From Octopus sinensis (taxonomy: Eukaryota): DNA of 64,000 nt. How positions within the stretch are numbered: the first letter of the stretch is position 1; the number at the start of each line of letters is the position of its first letter. A program made the position numbers and the translations under genes. Shown here in pieces: positions 1 to 11,383 of this stretch. The stretch is from NCBI RefSeq assembly GCF_006345805.1, contig NC_043013.1, positions 15,996,001-16,060,000 on the forward strand, in the 5' to 3' direction. A model generated the notes under the pieces. The model saw nothing but the letters and a program-made list of their open reading frames with translations, made no database searches and had not been told where the DNA came from.

Positions 1-169
1 TGACTCATCCATGCAAAACTAATAGAATGGTTGTTAAATGAAAATGATGAATAAATATAAACATCGGATAGTATTTGTACTACGTAAAGTATATTTTTCA
101 TGAAGAGGATTGCTAGAGGATTGCTAGAGGATTCATGAAGAGGATTCATGAAGAGGATTGCTAGAGCTC

Positions 170-380
170 TGTGCCAGTCCCATGTAAAAAAACACTTGTG
201 CCAGCACCACGTAGCACTGCTCAGGCTGGTGCCACGTTGAAAGGACCCAGCACACAATGTAAAATGGTTGGGATTGCGAAGGGCAACCTGCCATAGAAAT
301 CAAACCAAATCAGACTGGAACCTGGTGCAGCTCTGGTCAGACCATCCAACCTATGCCAGCATGGAAAACAGACCTTAAAA

Positions 381-430
<50 letters not shown>
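170..430 (+). mobile_element. Degenerate RTE-LINE 3' UTR fragment with (GAT)n tail
   Basis: Ends ...ccatccaacctatgccagcatggaaaacagacc...(GAT)n, matching the 3' end of the RTE copy at 47872-49023. Confidence 0.7.
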
Positions 431-1432
431 CGTTGTGTGTGTCTGTGTGTATGTATATATGAGTGTACTATTTTATCAAGCCAAAGGAAACCCTCAGAAG
501 CTGTTGCTCAGAGTTTCACATGATTGTTCATCAGTCTGTTTGTGTGTATGTGTGTGTGTGTGTGTATATATAGATATATATAGATATAAGTATATATAGA
601 TATATATGTGTATACATATCTATATATATGTTTATACATGCATACATAGATTCATACATACATGCATGCATACATACATACATTCATATAATATATTAGT
701 TAGCTGATACTGCATTAGAGAGAAATTTTAGTGAAGTAATGGAAGAATTATAAGTGTCTTTTTTGTTTCTAGAAAACAAAATATATATAAATAAGTATAA
801 ACAAAATGAAAAATTAGTAATAAAAGTAATAAAAATACAACCAAAATTATATGATAAAAATACTGCAACAAAGACACAGAATGGAATAAAAAAAATTCTA
901 AATAAATAAATGTAACAACAATAACAACAACAACAACAGCAACAACCACAACAACAACAACAGCACTAATAAGCATTGGTATTCATTCTTGTTATAAATT
1001 TCTTTTTATTTATTGTAGAGGGAATTGGGAAAGACTTACAAGGCATTAGCTGTGGCTTAAATATAAATTCATGCGCACACATACCCATATACACTCACAC
1101 ATGCACACATACACAACACATGTGTGTGTGTGTAAAATAGATGGAATCGAATATATTTCGGTACATCAATATAGAAACACTTCAGTGTATTTTTGTCTGG
1201 ACAGATTACACAGCAAAAAATTCTAGGTTACTCATCTGATCTGATCAGCAGTCAATGCAGAGTTGAAACAGTCGTTCATTTGGTGCCAGATATCCTACAA
1301 GTCCATTTGTGTTGCCAAAAGATTTGGGAGAAGTATAAAAATCACCCATGCCCGTGTCACATTAGGGGGCACCAACATCAGTGCCACATTAGACAGCACC
1401 AGTACTAGTGCCACATACAGAGCACCCATGCC

Positions 1433-1655
1433 TATTTCTTTACTACCCACAAGGGGCAAAACACAGAAGGGACAAACAAGGACAGACAAATGGATTAAGT
1501 CGATTATATCGACCCCAGTGTGTAACTGGTACTTATTTAATTGACCCCGAAAGGGTGACAGGCAAAGTCGACCTCGACGGAATTTGAACTCAGAACGTAG
1601 TGGCAGATGAAATACTGCTAAGCATTTCGCCTGGTGTGCCAATGTTTCTGCTGCC
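1433..1655 (-). mobile_element. tRNA-headed SINE family A
   Basis: Reverse complement of the consensus gcagaatcgttagcacgccgggcgaaatgcttagc...ctgagttcaaattccgccgaggtcgactttgcctttcatcctttcggggtcg...cccttgtgggtagtaaagaaatag, seen more than 15 times in the window. Confidence 0.85.
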
Positions 1656-1659
1656 TTTG

Positions 1660-2038
1660 AGAGAACCCATGCCAATGCCATATTAAGAGCACCTGTGCAT
1701 GCACCACATACAAAAGCACTCATGCCAGCACTCACGATGGCACTATGTGTAAAGCACTCAGTACATTTTATAAAGAGGTTGCCGTTAAGAAGGACTGGCT
1801 TCCATGTTGGTGACACATAAAAAGCACCAACCGATCGTGGTCGTTACCAGCACGTAAAAAGCACCCACTACACTCACGGAGTGGTTGGCGTTAGGAAGGG
1901 CATCCAGCTGTAGAAATTCTGCCAGATCAAGATTGGAGCCTGGTGCAGCCATCTGGTTCGTCAGCTCTCAGTCAAAATCGTCCAACCCATGCTAGCATGG
2001 AAAGCGGACGTTAAACGATGATGATGATGATGATGATA
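1660..2038 (+). mobile_element. RTE-LINE 3' UTR fragment
   Basis: gcacgtaaaaagcacccactacactcacggagtggttggcgttaggaagggcatccagc...catggaaagcggacgttaaacgatgatgat. Confidence 0.85.
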
Positions 2039-2347
2039 TATATAAATATATATACCACAGCTTTTGCTGTTTCTGGTTACCAAATCCACTCACAGGCTTT
2101 GGTTAGCCTAGGGCTATAGCAGAAGACACTTGCCCAATTGTTCAAACCAAGATTCACTCCTAATCTAGGTGGCTTCATTTTACATAATATACTTTCAGTG
2201 AAGCTTAATGCATCTTTTTTGAGCTAAAAGATACAATAATTTCTCTGTCATTGCTTGTTGTTGGTGATGCGAAACATATTAGTAGAATGTTTGCAATACT
2301 GTGTTAATATTATATCAATGGAAGTAGGATTTGTTTTTGGTATTAAA

Positions 2348-2578
2348 TCATCATCATCATCATTGTTTAACGTTCATTTTCCATGCTAGCATGGGTTGGA
2401 CGGTTCAACCGGGGTCTGGGAAGCCAGGAGGCTGCACCAGGCTCCAGTCTGATCTGGCAGTGTTTCTACAGCTGGATGCCCTTCCTAACGCCAACCACTC
2501 CGTGAGTGTAGTGGGTGCTTTTTACGTGCCACCGGCACAGGGTCCAGAGGAGGCTGGCAAACAGCCACGTGATGTTAA
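2348..2578 (-). mobile_element. RTE-LINE 3' UTR fragment
   Basis: (CAT)n followed by the reverse complement of the same 3' UTR. The ORF 2331-2726 is an antisense artefact. Confidence 0.85.
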
Positions 2579-2880
2579 TCATCATCTTCATATAAAGTCC
2601 ACTTTTTCAGATGGAATTTGTGCATATGGATTTTCTACTGTTGTATGCTTTTGCAGACCTGTCACTGGTCTTCATCTATTTCCAAGTAAAGTAACATTTC
2701 TCCATATCAGACATATATTTTTGTAGAAGACTGGAAACAAGCAGCATTGTTTTATTGCCGTGGTGCTCATTTAAAACCATCACATGATGTTGAGACAAGA
2801 GTACTTACAAAAACACATATGCATGCATGCACATGTACACACACACACACGGGCAGCATGTATGCACATGCATACAAGCA

Positions 2881-3041
2881 CAGGCTTAGTTCAGTTTCTC
2901 TTGACCAAATCCATTCACAAGGCTTTCACTGATCTAGAGATGTAGCAGAAGACACTTGCCCTACGTGTCACACTGTGGGACTGAACCTGCAACCACATAG
3001 TAGGGAACCAAGCTTCTTAACCACACAGCCATCTTTGTGCC
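2881..3041 (-). mobile_element. SINE family B, 5' part (tRNA head plus CORE-like domain)
   Basis: Reverse complement of ggctgtgtggt...ttcagtcccac...ggcaccttgggcaagtgtcttct. Confidence 0.75.
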
Positions 3042-3097
3042 TAACAACAGCTCCTGTGTCTCACATCCATGATTGTAGCAATATTAATGTGTGAAGG

Positions 3098-3250
3098 AAG
3101 GTGGTGAGCTGGCAGAATCGTTAGCACACCGGGGAAAATGCTTAGCAGCATTTCATCAGTCTTTATATTCTGAGTTCAAATTCTGCTGGGGTCAACTTTA
3201 TCTTTCATCCTCTCAAACTCAATAAAATAAATACTTGTTGAGCACTGGGG
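3098..3250 (+). mobile_element. SINE family A, 3'-truncated
   Basis: ggtggtgagctggcagaatcgttagcacaccgggg...ctgagttcaaattc. Confidence 0.75.
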
Positions 3251-3495
3251 TTCAATTCAATTCAATTCAATTTTTATTGGCTCAAAAAGCAAAAGCTAGG
3301 CCATGTAGGGGGACAGGGAGTTATGTACAGGGAGGGTGGTCATACAAAGAGTTCAGGCCATTTCTGGTCAAGAGAGACTTTGAACCGAGCGGTCGTTGGC
3401 ATCTTCACTATCTCATCCGGCAGCTTATTCCACAGATCCGCAACCCGCACGGAGAGCCCCTCTTCTTCGATTGAGATGAAATCGATGTTGATGTA
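3245..3495 (-). mobile_element. CR1/L2-type LINE 3' end with (GAATT)n tail
   Basis: The minus strand reads ...SVRVADLWNKLPDEIVKMPTTARFKVSLDQKWPELF*, the typical RV..WN.LP...V......FK..LD C-terminus of CR1-group ORF2. A sister copy lies at 14185-14445. Confidence 0.75.
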
Positions 3496-4051
3496 ATCAA
3501 CTTACCCCCTCCCTGAAATTGCTGGCCTTGTGCTAAAATTCGAAACCAAAATAAAGTGTGAAGGAAAGTGATAGATTGAAAGAATTTGGCAGAGCTTCAG
3601 ACCAAACTGTTTTGTGGTAGTTTTACTCCTGTCCTTTATTCCTCTACAAAAGAACACCATCATCATCACCTCCACCAAATATATGGCATTGCGTTTGTGC
3701 CTATATTGGAAATCAATATAAGTGGTATTTTTAGCAAAACTGTTTAAATTATATTCAATATTGAAATATAACAAGAATCGATTGGAAAAATTCAGCATTG
3801 GACAGCTCTGCTGTATTTATTCCAAATCTATATATCCTGAGTTCAAATCTAGCCAAGGTTAATTTTGCCTTCTATTTTTTTCATGATGCAGCTTTCTGTG
3901 TGTATCTAAGTTCTAAAAGAAGCACGTCTTATTTTGCCAGTTTCTCCTGGTTCTAAAATTCAGTACACCTTCTTCCTGGATGTTGTAAAAGACAGCTAAA
4001 AGGATTGGCAAAAGAAAAGGCATTCAGCTGTAAACACTTCCTCAGAATACC

Positions 4052-4274
4052 TATTTCTTTACTACCCACAAGGGGCTAAACACAGAGGAGACGAACAAGG
4101 ACAGACAAATGGATTAAGTCAATTATATCGACCCCCAGTGCATAACTGGTACTTATTTAATCGACCTCGAAAGGATGAAAGGCAAAGTTGACCTCGGCGG
4201 AATTTGAACTCAGAATGTAGCGGTAGACGAAATACCGCTAAGCATTTCGGTATTTCGCTAAGCATTTCCCAGGC
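4052..4274 (-). mobile_element. SINE family A
   Basis: Near full-length match to the family consensus. Confidence 0.85.
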
Positions 4275-4601
4275 TCCATCAGTGTGATGTATGCTACACA
4301 TTGGGTATCACTGATGTATACCTTTTGACAGATTCTGTTTTTGTTCCACTGCCCTACCAAGCAGTCCTGGGGGAGAGATTCAGGCTTGTCGCTGATAATG
4401 TGACCATATAAGTTTTTACCAAACATATGTCTTGTAGCTCCCTGACATATATTGGGGTCAATTTAAGCCTTTTCTTACCGTATTTCTGTTGAAATACACT
4501 GTCTTTGTTTCAACTGATTTTGAAAATAACAAAAAATTCAGCATTTGGAGCATAACATGAAATTTCGATGAAAGCTTAGGCGTGATTGTGTGGTAAGAAT
4601 A

Positions 4602-4809
4602 GAGGTGCAGCTGTGGCTATGTGGTAAAAAGCTTGCTTCCCGACTATATGATCCTAGTATCAATCTCACTGTGTGGCACCTTGGGCAAGTGTCTTCTACT
4701 GTAAGCTCGGGCTAACCAAAGTCTTGTGAGGGATTTGGTAGACAGAAACATAAATGGCGGTGCTCCAGCATGGCCACAGCTCTTGAGCTGAAACTAGTAA
4801 AGAAAGAGA
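4602..4809 (+). mobile_element. Short SINE family B variant with LINE-type 3' tail
   Basis: The tRNA/CORE head is joined directly to aaatggcggtgctccagcatggccacagctcttgagctgaaact, nearly identical to the LINE tail at 53802-53845. Confidence 0.8.
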
Positions 4810-5112
4810 TCATTTTAAACATGAAGTTCATATCGTGGAACCAAGAGCAGTATCAGACAGGTTGGTATAAAAAGCGTTAAAGTACCCCACCATAAAGCTT
4901 CTCTTGCTGACACCCACCATCACTACCACCACCACCACCACCACCACCACCACAGGTATACCATGTATACTACCCCAGTAAAATTCTGGTAACAGTTCTT
5001 CAAGTCTGCTACTTTGTCTTGTCTTTCTCTTTTATAGAACTTCTCAGACTGCAAGATGGTTGACCCTTTTGTTAGTATATTCCTCTTGATATACATTGTC
5101 TTTGTTCCAATC

Positions 5113-5425
5113 AATTATGAAATTTTGGAAGAATTTAATAAAATAACTTAGTCATTATTGACCCTTTTGTTACTAAATCTCTGTTGAAATGCAACTGCCT
5201 TTGTTGCAATTAATCATGAAATTTAGGAAGAATTTAGTAAATTAACTTAGTTATTATCGATCCTTTTGTTACCATATCTCAGTTGAAATACAACTGCTTT
5301 TGTTTCACTTAATTATGAAATTTAGGAAGAATTTAGTAAAAATAACTTAGTTATTATTAAGTCTTTTGTTACCATTTTCTGTTGGAATACTCCAACTTTT
5401 GTTTGTATCAATTTTGAAATTAAAA
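5113..5425. repeat. 99-bp tandem repeat (3 units plus a partial) from a dispersed AT-rich repeat
   Basis: The unit start aat(t/c)atgaaa recurs at 5113, 5212, 5311 and 5410. Related monomers at about 4460-4560 and 29630-29950. Confidence 0.8.
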
Positions 5426-6069
5426 TATAATTAGCGCTTGGAACATGAATTAAGATGAAATAGTGGTTTCAGATTTTAACACAAGGCCAGAAATTTTGGA
5501 GAAGGGAGCTAGTTAATTACATCAACTCCAGTGTTCAACTGATACTTATTTTATCAACCCTTGAAAGGATAAAAAGCAAAGTCAGCAGAATTTGAGCTCA
5601 GAACACGAAGATAGCTGAAATACTGCTAAGCGTTTTTGCATGCTAACAATTCTGCCTGATCTCCACCTTGTATTTTAAGAGGAAATATTGATGGAAGGTC
5701 TTAATTTAGATCATTTGAAGCAGCAAATTTGTACCATAGATCATAGAAGCAGAATCAGTCTCAGAAGGTTTGTATGAAAAGGGTTAATTTAATCAGCCCC
5801 CCTCACATGTGATACCTTTGTGATTTTGTTTCAAATCATTATTATAAAAATTAGTGATAGTCACAGAGGTGTCGGTTCTGTTCTTTAACCAAAGGGCATT
5901 CCCAGTTATGTCCGTTCTGTCGTTTCATCAGATGGTTATTCTATGTATGGGACACGCCCCCCCCCCACTCCCTTTATTTTAAGTAGGAAGATTGTGATTC
6001 GAGGAAGATTTTGGGGTTTGCTGTTTCAAACAGACCAAGCAACTGCAGACTGAACTCCCTCATTGGTTT

Positions 6070-6570
6070 GTTGGTGATGATGACGATGATGATGAGGAGG
6101 AGGAGGAGGAGAATGATGATAGCAACAATGACAATGGTAATGGTGAAGACAACGACGATGATGATGAGGATGATGATGATGACGACAAAGATGATGATGA
6201 TAATGATGATGATGATGATGATGATGACGATGATGACAACGATGACAATGATGATGAGGATGATGCTCACATCTAAATCCATATCCATTTAGTACATTCT
6301 CTACTCTCAGGTTAATTTAATCAAAAATCCATTAGTTAGAGTGGCGAAACACTGTTGTTGTTATTGTTATTGTTGTTACTGATGTTGTCGTTATTATTGT
6401 TGTTGTTCTTCTTGCTGTTGCTGTGTTTGTTGATGTTATTGCTGGCGTTGTTACTGTTGTTGTTGCTGCTTTTGTTCTTAGAGAAGTTATATAGGTGGTG
6501 GTGGTGGCGACGGAGGCAGCGGCGGTGGTGGTGGCGGTGGTGGTGTTGGTGGCAGTGGTGGTGGTGGTTC
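6070..6570. repeat. Compound trinucleotide microsatellites (GAT)n/(GAG)n/(GTT)n/(GGT)n
   Basis: Directly visible. They produce the poly-M, poly-I, poly-L and poly-H ORFs in the track. Confidence 0.95.
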
Positions 6571-6614
6571 TTTCGTTGCCTTGTCAGCATTGTAGTTGTT
6601 AGCGTAGCTATTAT

Positions 6615-7030
6615 TGATTGTTGTTTAACCCCAGGTCAAAGTTTATACAACAGACTTAGGATCAAAGACATTCTGACCATGGCCATGCCATCTTTTCTTT
6701 ACATTCATACTGTATGCTTTCGAATGTGACCTTCCTTTTTTTTCAAACAATAAAGTTTGATTTAAGGGAGATCAGGCTGATGTATCTAGCATGCCAAGCA
6801 AATATGATGCAGCATAAACCAATAGGGAAGCCTCTAAGTGGTTGCTCAGCCTGCAAGAAATAACAGCCAAATCTTCCTCAAACCACTTATGGCTGTCTTA
6901 AGAGAAAGGACACATTCGATAATGTAGCCTGAGGAATAATATGCTTGACAAAATGATGCCATGGACATAGCTGAAATGCCTTTGATCAAAGCTCTACTCA
7001 GTCAGGACTGTCCTAGGGCTAAAAAACAAC
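6615..7030. mobile_element. MITE-like element with long (about 70 bp) imperfect terminal inverted repeats
   Basis: Left tttaaccccaggtca...gatcaaagacattctgaccatggcc is inverted at the right as ccatggacatagctgaaatgcctttgatc...tcctagggctaaaaaac. Internal segments recur at about 38820-38890 and 59170-59230. Confidence 0.6.
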
Positions 7031-7649
7031 AACAACAACACCAACATAAACAACAAGTAAAGTCTCCCTTTATTATTCCATGTATTATTCAATCAGCAGA
7101 TGAAATCAATCACTTTGCAAATTTTAATTTTTTTAATCTTTTAATTAGGAGAGAAAGCAATGCCCTTGACCATTTAAAGCAGTGGTTCTCAATCAGGGTG
7201 CTCGTTATTGTCATATCTATCATCATCATCATCATCATCATCATTGTCATTGTCGTCGTCATCATCATCAGCAGCATCATCGTCATCATCATTATCATCG
7301 TCATCATTTATTATCTGTCTTCCATGCTGCACAGTTTCAATGATTTGACAGGATCTAAAAAGCTGGAGGACTGTGTTGGGTACCAATATCCATCTGAGCA
7401 TGGTTCCTATAGCTGTAAGGTCCTTTCCAATGCCAAACACTTCACAGAATGTACAGGGAGCTTTAATTTCTTCCACTTCTTGTGAAACTGGCACTAGAGA
7501 GATTATCCTGTCTTCAACAACATGAAAGGGAACTCTAGAACTCTTAACCCCTAAAAGAGTATACTGGATACTTTCTTTCATGGCAATGGTATGGCTGAGG
7601 TCACCAAGTAACTCACAAGACAGCCCTATTTCATCCTGACTTAGCTTAA

Positions 7650-8073
7650 CGTTTAGCATTTAACCCTTTAGCGTTCACATTATTCTGCCAAAGTTAATCC
7701 TTTTTTATCCACACTGTTTTGAACTAATCATTCATTAATCTTGTATCTATGAGATTTTGATGAAGTAGCTGTTAATTTTTAAAACGATATTGTAGGGTTG
7801 GTGTGAAAGACCAGATCTGACCAGTTTGGACATAAAACAGGCAGAATACTTTTGGCCAGATATGGCCGGTTTAAATGCTAAAGGGTTAAACCAGCTATAT
7901 CTAACCCAATCATTCTGTTTCATGCTCAAACTAACCAGATCCAGCCTCTCACACAATATCATAAAATGATAATATCAATGAAACTTCTAAGCCACAAGAT
8001 AATGCATGATAAATTCAAAACATTGTGAATAAATAAACATTGCATTTGACTGAGTAATCCGAATGCTACCAGG
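7650..8073. mobile_element. Older piggyBac-type MITE carrying a younger copy of the same MITE
   Basis: Bounded by TTAA at 7646-7649 and 8074-8077, with degenerate TIRs cgtttagcat...atgctaccagg. Confidence 0.65.
7664..7885. mobile_element. piggyBac-type MITE (CCCTTTAGC TIRs, TTAA TSD)
   Basis: TTAA|CCCTTTAGC ... GCTAAAGGG|TTAA at 7660-7889. Confidence 0.85.
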
Positions 8074-8290
8074 TTAAGCTGAAAGAAGAGCAAATTATCT
8101 AAGGTGAACTAATGAGAAATTGGTGGCTGTTACGCCCAGGTTATAACTCTAGATATATACTAGTAATTAATGGGAGTGGGGTATTTAATTATGTCACTAA
8201 CTGCCTCTGTACTAATCTTGAAAAGCTAGGCTGTTTCACATAGCTCAAGTATAACTAAGTCAATTATGAAATTACAATTATAAATCATTA

Positions 8291-8337
<47 letters not shown>

Positions 8338-8405
8338 TGTGTGTAAGTATGTATTTGCTTGTGAGTGTAAATGTTTATGTTCGTTTCTTTCTTTCACCCT
8401 CTCCT

Positions 8406-8437
<32 letters not shown>

Positions 8438-8745
8438 TCTCTTCTTTTCTTTAAATTCATACATGCAATTATTGGGGCACTTGGATAAACACCAATTCTT
8501 GGAAGCTAGGTTTCATAAAATCACTAAGAACATGGCTAATTAAGGAATTACAATTACAAACCATTAACAAACCTGTGAAAATACATAAAACATTCCAGTT
8601 TTCTTGTTTCTTGTTGGTATTTATGTGCATCTACACACACACACACACACACACTCACACATACTTTATTAATAAAGTTACAAAGACTTCACAAAAGCTG
8701 TTACTCAGAATTTCACATTCCCGCTTGTCAGACAGTTTTGGTTAA

Positions 8746-8788
<43 letters not shown>

Positions 8789-8805
8789 TACATATATATA
8801 TACAT

Positions 8806-9448
8806 ATTGCCAGCCTCGCCTGGCCCCGTGCCGGTGACACGTAAAAGCACCGTCCGTTCGTGGCCGTTTGCCAGCTCTGTCTGGCCCCGTGTAGGTGGCA
8901 CGTAAAAGCACCATCCGTTCGTGTCCGTTGCCAGCCTCGGCTGGCCCCCGTGCCGGTGACACGTAAAAGCACCGTCCGTTCGTGGCCGTTTGCCAGCTCT
9001 GTCTGGCAACCATGTCGGTGGCACGTAAAAGCACCATCCGTTTGCGTCTGTTGCCAGCCTCGGCTGGCCCCCGTGCCGGTGACACATAAAAGCACCGTCC
9101 GTTCGTGGCCGTTTGCCAGCTCTGTCTGGCCCCGTGTCGGTGGCACGTAAAAGCACCATCCGTTCGTGTCCGTTGCCAGCATCGCCTGGCCCCGTGCCGG
9201 TGACACGTAAAACCACCATCCGTTCGTGGCCGTTCGCCAGCTCTGTCTGGCACCTGTGCAGGTGGCACGTAAAAAACACCCACTACACTCGCGGAGTAGT
9301 TGGCGTTAGGAAGGGCATCCAGCCGTAGAAACACTGCCAGATCTGACTGGGCCTGACGAAGCCTTCCAGCTTCACAGACCCCAGTTGACCCGTCCAACCC
9401 ATGCTAGCATGGAAAGCGGACGCTAATGATGATGATGATGATGATGAT
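8806..9448 (+). mobile_element. RTE-LINE 3' UTR with an expanded array of 8 approximately 60-bp units
   Basis: Four A-B dimers of tgccag...ctggc...ggtg(a/g)cacgtaaaagcacc units, then the standard terminal segment and (GAT)n tail. Confidence 0.9.
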
Positions 9449-9576
9449 ATATAATATATATATAATATATATAAATACGTACATATAGAGAAATAGACAT
9501 ACAAACATGATATATATATATATATGCGTGTGTGTGTGTATGTGTGTATGTATTATACATATATATGTGCATTATG

Positions 9577-9622
<46 letters not shown>

Positions 9623-9658
9623 CATACATGCATATATGCATACATACATGTATATATA

Positions 9659-10390
9659 TTGGGTCACCCTATAAATAATGTGGCTTTTTCAATTGCATAA
9701 ACTAAAAGTCGGAGGGAGATGGGACAAACTACCTGCATCAATTTGTTATAGAAGCAGGTAGTAATTTTACCTTGTCCTTATTCTTAGTGCAAGTCATGAA
9801 GAGTGCAGTTCGATTTTAACAGTTATTTTTTCAAAGCTATAATGACAAAGGAGCATATTCGGTATATTTTGCTTTATGAGTTCAATACAAGCAACAATGC
9901 AACTGAAAGTGTGAGGAATATTAATGCAGTATATGGGGATCAGACAATAACTGTAAGCCAGTATCAACGGTGGTTACTGAAATTCTGAGCTGGAAACTAC
10001 AGCCTAAAAGACAAGCCTCACCCTGGAAGATCTGTAGAGCTGGACAAGAATCCTCTACATACCCTTGGGGAAAAAAAAAACCTATCATAACTGTTGAGAA
10101 TTTAGCAGAGAAGCTTGGATTTGGTCATTCAACTATTCATCGATACCTGTGTGCCATTGGAAAAGTCAGCAAATTGGGTCAATAGTTTCCTCACAAATTC
10201 TCCTAGTCTAATTGTGTGCAGAAAGTGAATGTGTGTTCTTTTTTGCTGTCATGTCTCATAAATGAACCGTTTTGGGAATAAATAGTGACTGGTGACCAGA
10301 AATGGGTTCTCTATCCAAATGTCAAGTGCTGAAGACAGTGGGTAGGGAAAGGAGAAACACCAGAATCCCATGCTAAAACTATTCATAACT
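9659..10390 (+). mobile_element. Degenerate mariner transposon, left TIR plus N-terminal transposase
   Basis: TA|TTGGGTCACCC terminus. ATG at 9842 gives MTKEHIRYILLYEF...QRWLLKF, then GKVSKLGQ*FPH (WVPH motif) and IVTGDQKWVLY (first catalytic D). Frameshifted and 3'-truncated. Confidence 0.85.
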
Positions 10391-10678
10391 CTTTTGGTAT
10401 TAAATTGATATTTATCTCTCACTGGATGAAGTACTTTTTTTTACCTTTTTGACTCTATCTATATTGAATCTATAAACTATATAAATATATATATGTAACT
10501 ATCATTGCCAAGCAATGTTTAGGCATAAGCAAACTTTAGGTTAGTTAAAATATGCTTGGGACATATATCAACTGCTAAAGGCAGACGGTCTGCTCGCACA
10601 AATCAGTCAATGTTGTTGACTGTATTTTAGCTAAAGCTACGGTTTTGATTAGGTTTGTCCAGGGTTGCCTCTCTTTGG

Positions 10679-10730
10679 TATCTCCCATTGATGAAGGCTA
10701 AAGAGCTAGCAACATCGATGTCTGGGAATA
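10679..10730 (+). ncRNA. Degenerate type I hammerhead ribozyme (PLE type)
   Basis: tatctccca-TTGATGA-a-ggcta-aagagc-tagc-AAC-ATCGAT-GTC-tgggaata. Stem I tccca/tggga, stem II gcta/tagc, palindromic loop III and GUC are present. C3 is changed to U and the (c)GA before AAC is lost. Confidence 0.6.
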
Positions 10731-10942
10731 CAACAGGTGACAGCACTGAACAGATATGGTGTTTTTACATCTTTTTTCTTCTTACATTAAGAGAGAATTT
10801 TTTCTTCATGATAACTACAGTGAATTTGACTTTTGCAACTGAAATATGTCACAAATATATTTTAGTTAGCCTAAATTTCACATATATGTATGTATATATA
10901 TATATATATATATAATATATATATATAATAATAAAAATAATG

Positions 10943-11017
<75 letters not shown>

Positions 11018-11097
11018 GGGAGTATAACTCCAAACTTATAGGGAAAAATTCAATTTAGTATTAATCAAATTTCACAATATATATATATAATGTATAT

Positions 11098-11332
11098 AAA
11101 TTAGAGAAAAACCATTATTATGTAATTCAAACAATGATAGACATAAACCATATCATATAGAAAAAATAAAATATATTATAAAACATATAACTAGATCAGA
11201 AAACGTACATAATAATAAATAGTACTTTTTGTGATCTAGAAATATGTTTTATAATATATTTTATTTTATATTTATGACTTGGTTTATGTCTATCATTGTT
11301 TGAATTACATAATAATGGTTTTTCTCTAATTT
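11098..11332. repeat. AT-rich palindrome (about 110-bp arms)
   Basis: The outer 53 bp (11098-11150 vs 11280-11332) are perfectly inverted; the inner arms are imperfect. Confidence 0.9.
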
Positions 11333-11383
11333 TAAGTTTTTCTTAGGAAATGTCATCTTATTAAGCAATAATTTTTTTATTCA

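Noticed and set aside
100-165. Alternating 11-bp and 13-bp units agaggattgct / agaggattcatga
   Set aside because: A tiny local slippage duplication.
495-540. Minus-strand CTGATGA-ACA-ATCA-TGT-GAAAC hammerhead-like core
   Set aside because: No GUH triplet in register and no stem I complementarity.
8806-9280. CRISPR-like repeat-spacer appearance of the GGTGGCACGTAAAAGCACC array
   Set aside because: Eukaryotic context, spacers homologous to each other, no cas genes, and it is part of a LINE UTR.
8705-9397. Overlapping 150-230 aa repetitive ORFs
   Set aside because: They are antisense or shifted readings of the RTE 3' UTR tandem array.
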